Shown here one piece after another: positions 19,453 to 27,824 of a stretch of DNA of 64,000 nucleotides. The notes beneath the pieces are model-generated. The model was not told the DNA's origin, searched no databases, and saw only the letters and a program-made list of their open reading frames with translations. Position numbers and translations under genes: made by a program. This DNA is from a virus. Position 1 is the first letter of the stretch. Every line of letters begins with the position of its first letter. The stretch spans positions 1-64,000 of the IMG/VR virus record IMGVR_UViG_3300032053_000041. One strand, given 5' to 3'.

Positions 19453-19652
19453 AGCAATCGAAGAAACTGATTGAGGTACACTCAGATCCGCGAACCTGTC
19501 TCTGCGGATGGGTCAGACCGGTGCGAGCCGGGTTCGCAAAAGACGAGATGGGAAACGAACCGATCGAGGTTCCAGAAAAACGGTTCTACTTTCTCTATGA
19601 CTGCCCGCAGTGCGGCGCGCGGTGGAACATGCTTCTGGAACGGGTGGATTAG
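19449..19652 (+). CDS. cassette 5 zinc-ribbon protein (copy A)
   Basis: CLCG...YDCPQCG; near-identical to 20552..20755. Confidence 0.7.
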   Translation: MKQSKKLIEVHSDPRTCLCGWVRPVRAGFAKDEMGNEPIEVPEKRFYFLYDCPQCGARWNMLLERVD

Positions 19653-19710
19653 GGAGCAACCGTGAAGCAACGTGTGTCGGAAACTACCCCAACAAGAAAG
19701 AGGCGATTCG

Positions 19711-20037
19711 TTGACCAAGAATCCGTTGTCGAAGCTCTACGGTGAGTGCCTCGTTGATCGAGCCGGCTCCCTTGAGGCTCGGGGGAAGGATCTTTTGATG
19801 AGTGAAGTTCGTGAGCGGGCGTTCGCGGAGTTCCTACGCCGCCATAACGATACGCTCGTAGCACTGGTGGCGACGCTCCCGAAGTGCGCTCGGGGCTGTC
19901 GCCGTCTGGCTACCACGACGGACGGTGACGGGACGTACCACTGCGATCCTCATCGACCGCCGCGTGAACTTACGGTCAGCGTGGACCTGCCGTGGGCGAA
20001 GCTAGTTCGGGAAGAAAAGATTCCGGTGCAACCGTGA
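19711..20037 (+). CDS. cassette 6 protein
   Basis: TTG start after AAAGAGG; CxxxC...CxxH; ends EKIPVQP* at a core. Confidence 0.55.
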   Translation: MTKNPLSKLYGECLVDRAGSLEARGKDLLMSEVRERAFAEFLRRHNDTLVALVATLPKCARGCRRLATTTDGDGTYHCDPHRPPRELTVSVDLPWAKLVREEKIPVQP

Positions 20038-20156
20038 AGCATCTTGCAGACTGGATTCTTGACCAAGCCTCGCTGCTCGTGCCGTGCCTGTTCGCCGGGG
20101 CGTTCGTCGCTCTGATAGGTGGCGAGGTGTACGACCGAATCAGGGAGCAACCGTGA
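20034..20156 (+). CDS. cassette 7, 40-aa membrane peptide
   Basis: MKHLADWILDQASLLVPCLFAGAFVALIGGEVYDRIREQP*, running exactly core-to-core. Confidence 0.55.
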   Translation: MKHLADWILDQASLLVPCLFAGAFVALIGGEVYDRIREQP

Positions 20157-20208
20157 AGCAGCAGGTACCGGCTGTCCGCAACGACCCCGACACGAAGGAG
20201 ACAATCCG

Positions 20209-20376
20209 ATGAACCAGAAAACGAAGAAGTGCCGCGAAGAGCACCCGATCCTCTGCATCGACCCGGCGGGCGAGATTCCTCTTCGGTGCGGACTCCCGAA
20301 GGGCCACGGGGGGCTGCACGAGGACGAGCGAGAAACGGATGGCGCGAAGCCAGAGAAGACGGAGCCCGCGCCGTGA
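20209..20376 (+). CDS. cassette 8 protein, C-x-L-x-x-GH-x-G-x-H
   Basis: AAGGAG RBS in a 19-codon leader homologous to that of cassette 4; stops at a core. Confidence 0.55.
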   Translation: MNQKTKKCREEHPILCIDPAGEIPLRCGLPKGHGGLHEDERETDGAKPEKTEPAP

Positions 20377-20555
20377 AGCATCCTCGCCCCACCATCTCGG
20401 AACCCGCAGTTCTGAACTACGTGGTCTTTCACGCCGCCGATTGCCGCCGACTGCTCGACAAGTGGTGCCCGTGCGGCTGCGGAGCCGAGCAGCGAGCGCG
20501 AGACGCTCTCTATCGAGCGGTGGACGGATGCTCAGACACTAGGAGACAACCATGA
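20373..20555 (+). CDS. cassette 9 Cys-rich protein
   Basis: MKH start; HxxDC...CPCGCG; core-to-core. Confidence 0.55.
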   Translation: MKHPRPTISEPAVLNYVVFHAADCRRLLDKWCPCGCGAEQRARDALYRAVDGCSDTRRQP

Positions 20556-20755
20556 AGCAACCGAAGATACTGATTGAGGTACACTCAGATCCGCGAACCT
20601 GTCTCTGCGGATGGGTCCGACCGGTGCGAGCCGGGTTCGCAAAAGACGAGATGGGAAACGAACCGATCGAGGTTCCAGAGACACGGTTCTATTTTCTCTA
20701 TGACTGCCCGCAGTGCGGCGCTCGGTGGAACATGCTTCTGGAACGGGTGGATTAG
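20552..20755 (+). CDS. cassette 10 zinc-ribbon protein (copy B of cassette 5)
   Basis: Differs from copy A at 3 of 67 aa. Confidence 0.7.
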   Translation: MKQPKILIEVHSDPRTCLCGWVRPVRAGFAKDEMGNEPIEVPETRFYFLYDCPQCGARWNMLLERVD

Positions 20756-20764
20756 GCGGCACCC

Positions 20765-20974
20765 GTGAAGCAGCATGACCAACCGAAGCCGCTCGTGCAC
20801 TGGTGCGTGTTCAACGACGGGGAGCCGGTGTGCGGGGCGAAGATGCCGGAGCCGCCGACGAGAAAGCCGTTCTCGTGGCCCGACCACTACCCGCGGGTGG
20901 CGACGTCTCAGAAATATGTGACGTGCGAAGCCTGCAAGGAGCACTGCGCCGGTCCGAACAAGGCGAACCGGTGA
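20765..20974 (+). CDS. cassette 11 zinc-finger protein
   Basis: MKQ start at the last core; VH...PVCG...VTCEAC. Confidence 0.6.
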   Translation: MKQHDQPKPLVHWCVFNDGEPVCGAKMPEPPTRKPFSWPDHYPRVATSQKYVTCEACKEHCAGPNKANR

Positions 20975-20992
20975 GCAAGAAGGAAGAGGAAC

Positions 20993-21196
20993 ATGAAGTT
21001 CAGTGAAGTGATCGCGGCGCTGGAGGACGGGAAGAAGGTCAGGCAGTCCGGCATCGAGGGAGACTACTACCAGTTGGTCTCGCCGGGTCAGGGACTGAAT
21101 CGCCAGTTGGTGTACGTGTATCAAGACGGCAGCTGGGAGAACGCGGAACTCAGATTCAGCGGTCACATGCGCAACGACTGGTCGGTGGTCGAGTGA
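20993..21196 (+). CDS. small protein resembling DUF2829/Tad2-type phage proteins (tentative)
   Basis: MKFSEVIAALEDGKKVRQ...NDWSVVE matches the remembered family ends MxFxEAL..LK.GKKV.R ... DW.IV. Confidence 0.45.
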   Translation: MKFSEVIAALEDGKKVRQSGIEGDYYQLVSPGQGLNRQLVYVYQDGSWENAELRFSGHMRNDWSVVE

Positions 21197-21471
21197 CGCA
21201 CAAGGCGTGGAACGTGGTCGTCATCGAAACGGAGCCGGAGACGGCGTGCGCGCGGTGCAAGAACAAGAAGGAGTGCCGCGACGTACTCGGTGATGGCACG
21301 AAGCTGTGCTTCAGCTGCGCAACGTCGGCTGAGAAGGAAGCGTACGGACGTCGGATGTTCGGGTCGCCTTCCACCGGCTTGCGCGAGACAGCCGACCGTC
21401 TCTTCGATGGCCTGAATGACAAGGAGAAGGAACTCGTCAAACGTAGGTTCGCCAAGAGGGAGGGGAAGTAG
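21193..21471 (+). CDS. zinc-finger protein
   Basis: CARC...LCFSC. Confidence 0.6.
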   Translation: MTHKAWNVVVIETEPETACARCKNKKECRDVLGDGTKLCFSCATSAEKEAYGRRMFGSPSTGLRETADRLFDGLNDKEKELVKRRFAKREGK

Positions 21472-22272
21472 ATGAGCAGCACCGGTCGCGGCAGCGAGCG
21501 CGAGGAGAACGACGTCTACCTGACGCGCTACCCGCTCGCGCTCGCGATCTGCGAGAAGCTGAAGGCCGACGGCGTCATCGTCGCGCCGAGCGTGATGATG
21601 GAGCCGAGCGCGGGGGGAGGCTCCTTCGTCAGTGCGATGGCCGAGACATGGGCCCCGCGAACGCTGTACTGCAACGACCTCAACAGCGGTCTGATCTTGC
21701 CGGAGCACGAGGACCGTGCCCGGTTCTGCATCGAGCGCGCCCACCTGGGCCGTCACGAGAGCCACGGCAAGCTGATCTCGCTGGAGGGCGACTTCCTGCA
21801 GATCGAGCAGCGGAATGTGCCTGGGATCCAGGCCATCGTGGGCAATCCGCCATTCACCTTCGCGGAGCAGCATGTCCGTCATGCGATCTCGCTGCTTGCC
21901 CCTGGTGGAGCGCTCGCCTTCCTCCTTCCTGTGAACTTCCTCTCGGGCATCAAGCGTGTCGGCGGGCTCTATCGGGAGCACCCGCCCGAGTACGTGTACG
22001 TGATCGACAAGCGCCCGCAGTTCGTGGACGGCTACCGGATCAACAAGCACGGCAAGCGCGTGAAGAAGGGGACCGACTCGAACGAGTACGGCGTCTTCGT
22101 GTGGAGGAAAGAGCGCCCCGAATTTGAACCAGTGATCCGGTGGCTTCAGTGGTCGAAGTACTTGCAGAGGTTCAAGAACAAAGTCGAGAGGGTCGAGATC
22201 CAGGTAGGACAGAACGTGGACACGGACGACGAGGACGTGGCAGGCTCCGCGACCGCAGGAGAGACAGAATGA
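21472..22272 (+). CDS. DNA N6-adenine methyltransferase
   Basis: SAM motif MEPSAGGGSF precedes catalytic GNPPF. Confidence 0.88.
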   Translation: MSSTGRGSEREENDVYLTRYPLALAICEKLKADGVIVAPSVMMEPSAGGGSFVSAMAETWAPRTLYCNDLNSGLILPEHEDRARFCIERAHLGRHESHGKLISLEGDFLQIEQRNVPGIQAIVGNPPFTFAEQHVRHAISLLAPGGALAFLLPVNFLSGIKRVGGLYREHPPEYVYVIDKRPQFVDGYRINKHGKRVKKGTDSNEYGVFVWRKERPEFEPVIRWLQWSKYLQRFKNKVERVEIQVGQNVDTDDEDVAGSATAGETE

Positions 22273-23111
22273 ACCGACGACTTATCGCGTTGCTGCTTTC
22301 GCTCACGCTCGTTCTCGGAATACATGCCGCCGCCGCTGACCAGCGGAGTGGTCTGGAGCGCTGGCTATTCGCGACGGCGAACAAGCTGGAGCACTCATCG
22401 GCTCCAGGCGAAACGCGAGAGGACTACGAACGGCGGCTCGGTGGCATGTCCGCCGCGCTCGCTCGCGCCACGAAGCCCTACGCGAACGGGCAGGGCTGGA
22501 CGACGACCGAGCTAGGACTCGCGATGCTGACGCTGTGGCACGCGGAGACGTTGTTTGATCAGCGTGTCCACGCTGGTATGCAGCACCCGAAGTGGACCCA
22601 GGACAAGGGGCGCGCCCGGTGCCTTGGTCAGATCCACGTCTCGCTCCTTGTGCCGCAGTCGGAATGGGAGAAGCTGGTCGGAACGGACGAGGGAGCGACG
22701 CAGATGTGCGCAGATGCAACGGCCCGGATCTGGGTTGCGCAGGCCCGGCAGTGCGGCGTCTGGTACGGTCAGCGAGCCGATCGGAACAAGGTAGCGAAGG
22801 TCTTCGCGGCCTACGCGAGCGGCGGCAACTGCCGCCCCGGAGAGCGCGACTGGGCGCGAGCAGACAAGTGGTTGGCCGGCATCGCGCAGCGACCGGATCG
22901 GAGCCCGGTGAAGGGCTATCGCCGGGCGGCCCCTGCCGAGATCCCGTCGAATGTGAAGGAGGACGCTCGAACGCTTGCGACCGAACTCGCTCCTCCCGGT
23001 GGCCACAAAGTCGGCGCGCAGTTTCCCGTGTGGGGCTCGTTTCTGTTGCTTGTCGAGAAGCACGCCGAGGGCAAACTCGGAGTTTCCGTTCTGATGAAGG
23101 AGAGCACGTAA
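22269..23111 (+). CDS. secreted lysozyme/transglycosylase-like protein
   Basis: Signal peptide; HAETLFD...DKGRARCLGQIH...AAYASG resembles SLT motifs. Confidence 0.55.
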   Translation: MNRRLIALLLSLTLVLGIHAAAADQRSGLERWLFATANKLEHSSAPGETREDYERRLGGMSAALARATKPYANGQGWTTTELGLAMLTLWHAETLFDQRVHAGMQHPKWTQDKGRARCLGQIHVSLLVPQSEWEKLVGTDEGATQMCADATARIWVAQARQCGVWYGQRADRNKVAKVFAAYASGGNCRPGERDWARADKWLAGIAQRPDRSPVKGYRRAAPAEIPSNVKEDARTLATELAPPGGHKVGAQFPVWGSFLLLVEKHAEGKLGVSVLMKEST

Positions 23112-23317
23112 TGTCACCCGAGAAGGCCGCGAAGAGGCACCCGCACTGCGGCGTGGAAGGGCACGGACCGGCACATCGGTTCGACGCGATCGACTGCTAC
23201 GCCTGTATGGAGTGCGACGAGTGGCTCGAAGAGAAGTGCACCGAACCGGACTGTGCCTTCTGCAAGCAGCGCCCGGCTCGCCCGCCAGCGCCCGGCGCGG
23301 CCTCGTCACCTCCGTGA
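23111..23317 (+). CDS. small Cys-rich protein
   Basis: ACMECDEWLEEKCTEPDCAFC. Confidence 0.55.
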   Translation: MSPEKAAKRHPHCGVEGHGPAHRFDAIDCYACMECDEWLEEKCTEPDCAFCKQRPARPPAPGAASSPP

Positions 23318-23441
23318 GTCTCCTGTGCCGCAGGGCCTCCGAGCGCACTGATCGGCGCCGCGATCCCGGCCATCGCCTCCGGTTTTAGCGCAGAAACGCC
23401 CCTCCTTCCCACGGGCATACGATCGGGCTAGACTACGGCAC

Positions 23442-23972
23442 ATGTTCGGCAACGCCCCCAGCGTCTTCGACAACGTCGCCCCAGAACACAGGCCGGACTC
23501 CTCGGGTCCTCCTCTACATGATCAGATCGCCGGGGTTGGCGCAAGCCCGGACGGTCTCGGGGCCGGTCCGGGCGGCATGGGCGCGTACGCTCGACCGACG
23601 GCCGGGACCGGCGAGTACTTCGTGCCGGCAGACGGCATGGGCGCGTACGCCAGGCCCACCGGGATGGGCGGACAGATCGATTTCTTGGAGCCGGCCGATG
23701 CGTCCCCTGCCGCGGCGATGCGCTCGGCGGGCATCACGGCGCTCGTGGCGGCCGTTGCTTTCGGTGGCGGGCTCGCGTTCGGCGGCCCATGGGGCGGCGT
23801 GTCCGGGATCATGGTCTCGGGCTCGGCATTCAACGTGTACCGCGCCCAGAAGTGGTGGGGCAGCGCGGACGCGAGCGAGAAGCACGAGGCCGTCGTGAGC
23901 GCGATGTTCGCGGCCATCGGCATCGCTGCTGGCGGGTACACCGCGTACCAGGCGTACCAGGCGAAGCGGTAG
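23442..23972 (+). CDS. membrane protein with GMGAY repeats, probable virion component
   Basis: GMGAYARPT twice; 2-3 hydrophobic helices. Confidence 0.7.
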   Translation: MFGNAPSVFDNVAPEHRPDSSGPPLHDQIAGVGASPDGLGAGPGGMGAYARPTAGTGEYFVPADGMGAYARPTGMGGQIDFLEPADASPAAAMRSAGITALVAAVAFGGGLAFGGPWGGVSGIMVSGSAFNVYRAQKWWGSADASEKHEAVVSAMFAAIGIAAGGYTAYQAYQAKR

Positions 23973-23980
23973 GAGCACAC

Positions 23981-24859
23981 ATGGCAGGCGATGCGGCCCC
24001 GTCCGGGGCAACGATGGTCGACGCGCAGCTGACGAACGTGCGGGTGCTCAAGCCCGCGCCGAACTTCGAGCGGAACTACCAGGGCAAGTCAGCGATCATC
24101 CCCATCGCTTTCCCAGGGACACGTGATCCTCGTGCGGAAGAGAGCGCGCCCGGCTTCTCTCCGAATCTGATGAAGGGCATCGCGGTTCCGCAAGGCGCGA
24201 GGGTGCTCCTCCAGTTCCCGATCTGCTGGGCACCGCTCGGTACTTTCCCGAACGCGGTCAACCCCTTTCAGTTCTACAGCTACCGCCTCATCTGGCGGTA
24301 CCAGAACCTCAACAGCTACAGGAACCCGGCCGCAAAGACGCGCCGAGCCCCGTACCACTTTCCCAGGCAGAGCCCTGGAGCGCCGGAGACAATCCTGGGC
24401 GTTCCTGTGCCCCGCGTGACCATTCCTGCGTCCTGGCATGTGGTTGCGTACCAGCAGACGGAACCGCTCACAGGTGCTGGCAGTCTCGTTGTCCGAATCG
24501 AGGACATCATTCCGCGGTTGGATTCGGTCGCGGATTTCGTGCAGCCTCTGCTGCCCGACGGACAACCCGGCGTCATTCAGCAGGGCGTCCTTGATCCGAC
24601 CGCGACCGGGGGCGGACAGATGCCGATCTTCGCGCCCTTCTGGACAGACGCAGAGGGTGACGAACTGCTCATCCTCGCGAAACGTGTCGGGGCCACTGCC
24701 CTTCCTGGGGACGTCTGGGACTTCACGAGCGGGTACAACGGCGTGTCTCCGCCACCGCAGGGAGACCTCGCCTTCTCGAACATCTACGGCACGGGCGACG
24801 GGCGGCACGAGTCGTTCCGCGACCTCGGTATCTACATGCAGACCGGGACGACGCCCTGA
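23981..24859 (+). CDS. probable virion structural protein
   Basis: AGGAG RBS; Pro/Gly/aromatic beta-rich composition. Confidence 0.65.
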   Translation: MAGDAAPSGATMVDAQLTNVRVLKPAPNFERNYQGKSAIIPIAFPGTRDPRAEESAPGFSPNLMKGIAVPQGARVLLQFPICWAPLGTFPNAVNPFQFYSYRLIWRYQNLNSYRNPAAKTRRAPYHFPRQSPGAPETILGVPVPRVTIPASWHVVAYQQTEPLTGAGSLVVRIEDIIPRLDSVADFVQPLLPDGQPGVIQQGVLDPTATGGGQMPIFAPFWTDAEGDELLILAKRVGATALPGDVWDFTSGYNGVSPPPQGDLAFSNIYGTGDGRHESFRDLGIYMQTGTTP

Positions 24860-24906
24860 GCGATTTCCACATGTCCGACAACTACAGCTAGAAAGAGAGC
24901 AAGCAC

Positions 24907-25362
24907 ATGCACAAGGGAGCCAGGATCAACGGGGGAGACTACTTCGACGACATCGCGCAGCGCGAGGACGCGGGCGTGTTCGGGGGCCTCGGCGTCGAGG
25001 ACTACGAGGGCATCAAGGAGTCGATCAGCCCCGACGGGCTCGTCATCCGGATGAACTGCCGGGTGTGCGGCAAGCAGCACGACGTCACCCTGGAGTGGCA
25101 GGAGCTTTTCATCGTCGGCAGCAACGGCCCTGGACTGTCGCCGATGATGCCGCCTGGGTGGACGTACAGCGAGAACAACGCGAAGCTCTACCCGACGAAC
25201 ATCCCGTGCTCCAAGTGCGGGGACAAGCTCTGCCCGCAGGTGACTCCAGACGAGGCGCGCGAGCGGGTGAACGATGCGGTTCAGCGAAGCATGATCCCGC
25301 CGCAGGCGCTCGCGGGCTGGAGGCATCAGGTGGCGATGTACCGCGGCCACCAAGGCGGCTGA
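24907..25362 (+). CDS. zinc-binding hypothetical protein
   Basis: CRVCG...CSKCG. Confidence 0.7.
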   Translation: MHKGARINGGDYFDDIAQREDAGVFGGLGVEDYEGIKESISPDGLVIRMNCRVCGKQHDVTLEWQELFIVGSNGPGLSPMMPPGWTYSENNAKLYPTNIPCSKCGDKLCPQVTPDEARERVNDAVQRSMIPPQALAGWRHQVAMYRGHQGG

Positions 25363-25378
25363 CGTCCAGCCCCAGCAC

Positions 25379-25927
25379 ATGAGCGCGTGTCCCGAGATCC
25401 GCTCGCCCCTCACCGTCGAGGAGGCGGAGGCCGTCATCGAGCCTTACTTCCTCGCGGTGCGGGATGTGTTCGTCGGGAACGGGGCGACGAAGTGCAAGCG
25501 CGTGACGCTGGAGATCGCGCCGTGGATCCACGATTCGCCGCGGCACTTCGCGGCGACTGAGGAGAGCGGCAAGCTCATGGTCGTGTCCCCGGAGTTCGCG
25601 GAGCTTCCGGAGGACACGGTCATCGCGATCCTGAGCCACGAGTTCGGGCACGCCGTCGACTTCCTGTACCCCGGTGAATACATGCTCGTGGACGACGGGG
25701 AGCTTGTGAAGATGCCGCGCGTGCCGCCGGGCAAGCTCGATCTGAAGGGCACGCAGGCGAGCGTGGCGAGGTCGCGTTCGTGGAGGGACCGGGACAAGGA
25801 CACGATCGAGCGCACAGCGGACTCGATCGCTGAGATGTTCACGGGGCACCTCATCGGGTACTGCGGCCCGTGCGAGCTTCAGTGCTTCGATCGAGGGCAC
25901 AGACCTCGGAGACCGGGACTGCGGTGA
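25379..25927 (+). CDS. zincin-like metallopeptidase
   Basis: ILSHEFGHAVD (HExxH) with downstream ERTAD. Confidence 0.7.
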   Translation: MSACPEIRSPLTVEEAEAVIEPYFLAVRDVFVGNGATKCKRVTLEIAPWIHDSPRHFAATEESGKLMVVSPEFAELPEDTVIAILSHEFGHAVDFLYPGEYMLVDDGELVKMPRVPPGKLDLKGTQASVARSRSWRDRDKDTIERTADSIAEMFTGHLIGYCGPCELQCFDRGHRPRRPGLR

Positions 25928-26271
25928 TGTACGGGAACGAGATTCTCACTACCGTCCACAACGGACGGTACGGCACCTGGCCGGTGTCGATAAATCCCAC
26001 GTACACGAGGACGGTGTTCCTCTACCAGAGGCGCGATTACACATACGGCAACGAGCCGTCGCGCGAGACGTTGCGCCGTCAACTCGACGAGTTCAAGCGT
26101 CTCACAGAGACGACGCTGGAGCAGAAGCAACGGATCTCGCGCGAGCGAAACCGTCGCCATATCAGGAGCGCCAAGCTGTTCGCTCCGCCGCCGCTCGTCG
26201 AGACGATGTTCAGCAAGCCCACGTTCGTGCGCCGCGCGTGCGGCGGACGATGGAGAGTGAGGACACCATGA
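25927..26271 (+). CDS. hypothetical protein
   Basis: TGATG-coupled ORF. Confidence 0.5.
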   Translation: MYGNEILTTVHNGRYGTWPVSINPTYTRTVFLYQRRDYTYGNEPSRETLRRQLDEFKRLTETTLEQKQRISRERNRRHIRSAKLFAPPPLVETMFSKPTFVRRACGGRWRVRTP

Positions 26272-26643
26272 TTGCGACGGTAACAGGGGACTCGCGGTGC
26301 CAAGAAGAGATCGCGCCAGGAGATCGGTACCTTCTGTTGATCCCAGGGCTGCCGATCGAGCGCCAGCCGGATGTGGTCCATACGGTCGCTGAGATCAGCG
26401 ACGGGTTCGTGCGTTGGGAAGAAGGGGGCCGCAGCGGAGTCGGGGTCATCCGGACTGGGCACTGGAGACGACTGCCATGACGCCGATGAAGTGCTCGAAG
26501 CACGAGCTACGACCTGGGGAGCTTGCGGATTCGCCGCGGTACACGCGGGCGCTGCGAGAGTCACTGACCTGCTGGCGCTGTCGGCTGCTCGCTGTCAGGG
26601 CTTACGTCAAGTACTGGGTGGACACGAACATCGATCTGATGCC

Positions 26644-26889
26644 CTAGTACCTACCGGTAGGGCTCGTCAGGCGTCCACGGGGCTGCTCGTCGAGGGCCTC
26701 GATGACGGCGACGCGCGTGGCGAGTTGCCCTACGTCGTGCTTGATCCCGTCCATGCCGTTGCGCAGGCGCTCCTCGCTCGCGAGGATCTCCTTGCGCAGC
26801 ACTTGCTCGGACTTGAAGTAGAAGACGAGCATCGAGACGATCATCGCGCCGATCGTGAGCCCCATCTGCAGCCACGCCTGGGGCTCCAT
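26644..26889 (-). CDS. single-TM coiled-coil protein (holin/hemolysin-like architecture)
   Basis: One TM helix followed by a heptad stretch. Confidence 0.55.
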   Translation of the reverse strand: MEPQAWLQMGLTIGAMIVSMLVFYFKSEQVLRKEILASEERLRNGMDGIKHDVGQLATRVAVIEALDEQPRGRLTSPTGRY

Positions 26890-27239
26890 GATCACCAGAA
26901 CCTCTTGAGGTCGTTCATGGCGCGGCGTCGGGCCTCGCAGGGTGTGCACGGCTTCTGTCCCATGGCCCGAGCGATGGGTTTGGCCACCGCGGCGAAGGCG
27001 TCTCCGAGACGGAGGGAGCCCTTGGGGGCCTGGTGGGTCCGGTGGGCCTGGGCGAACGAGGCCACGTCATGTGACGAGCGCTGCAGCCCCCCGACGCCGC
27101 AGACCTCGCAGTAGACGTCGATGCCGTCCTGTCGGGTGCCGACCAGCACCCATTGGATCTCCGGCGAAAACCGCTGCATCCTGGGACACATGTTGGTGCA
27201 GCTTCCTCCGGCCGACAAGCCCTGTTAGCATGTGCCCCG

Positions 27240-27821
27240 ATGTCAACGGCCCCCTACGTCCTGGGAGGAATCGCCGGGTTGGCGCTCGTGAAGGCGCTGT
27301 TTCGGCCGCACCGAGCGGTCGTGCGGGAGGGCGGCGTGGCGGCATGTCCCGGACCGAACCGGTACCGGGTCTGTGATGCGAGCGTGGCCATTGACGCCGC
27401 CGCCGGGACGGACGTCTACGCGACGGCGAGCGGCCGCGTCGCGGCGCTCGGGGACCGGTTCGTCCACATCGCGGCACATGACGAGCCGGTGGTGCTCATG
27501 TACGACGGCGTGGTTCCTTCGCTGGTGCGGGAGGGACAGTACGTCGGTCGCGGGCAGAAGATCGGCGAGTCGAAGGGCCGCGTCTACCTCGGCGTCACGC
27601 AGTTCATGCCCGGCGGCAAGCTCGTGAAGATCGACCCGTCCTCGTGGCTCGCGTCGCGCGGGCAGAAGATCGCGGCGACGTACACGGGGCCTGGGACGGC
27701 GTGGTGCGAGCAGGGACGTCACATCGAGGTGCCGGCGAGCGCCGGGACGGCGTGCAACCTGTACGAGCCGGAGCGCGGCGGCTTCGCGCTGCTCCCGGTG
27801 ACCGTCAGCGTGGAGAGGTAG
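27240..27821 (+). CDS. membrane-anchored M23-peptidase-like protein, apparently lacking Zn ligands
   Basis: GTDVYATASGRV, VREGQYVGRGQKIGES; HxxxD and HxH absent. Confidence 0.65.
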   Translation: MSTAPYVLGGIAGLALVKALFRPHRAVVREGGVAACPGPNRYRVCDASVAIDAAAGTDVYATASGRVAALGDRFVHIAAHDEPVVLMYDGVVPSLVREGQYVGRGQKIGESKGRVYLGVTQFMPGGKLVKIDPSSWLASRGQKIAATYTGPGTAWCEQGRHIEVPASAGTACNLYEPERGGFALLPVTVSVER

Positions 27822-27824
27822 TCC

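Larger units (their letters stand above)
17930..20974 (+). mobile_element. array of 11 micro gene cassettes delimited by RTGAAGCA cores (putative site-specific recombination array)
   Basis: TGAAGCA at 17955, 18245, 18749, 19161, 19450, 19663, 20035, 20154, 20374, 20553, 20766, all at gene junctions; conserved arms; one cassette duplicated core-to-core. Confidence 0.75.

Noticed and set aside
19449-20755. Diversity-generating retroelement TR/VR pair (also 55840/56692)
   Set aside because: No reverse transcriptase in the window, and the differences are not confined to adenines.
17930-20974. CRISPR array or classical integron attC array
   Set aside because: The invariant part is only 7-8 bp, the spacers are 119-504 bp coding genes, and there are no cas or intI genes. 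No RYYYAAC...GTTRRRY hairpins were seen.
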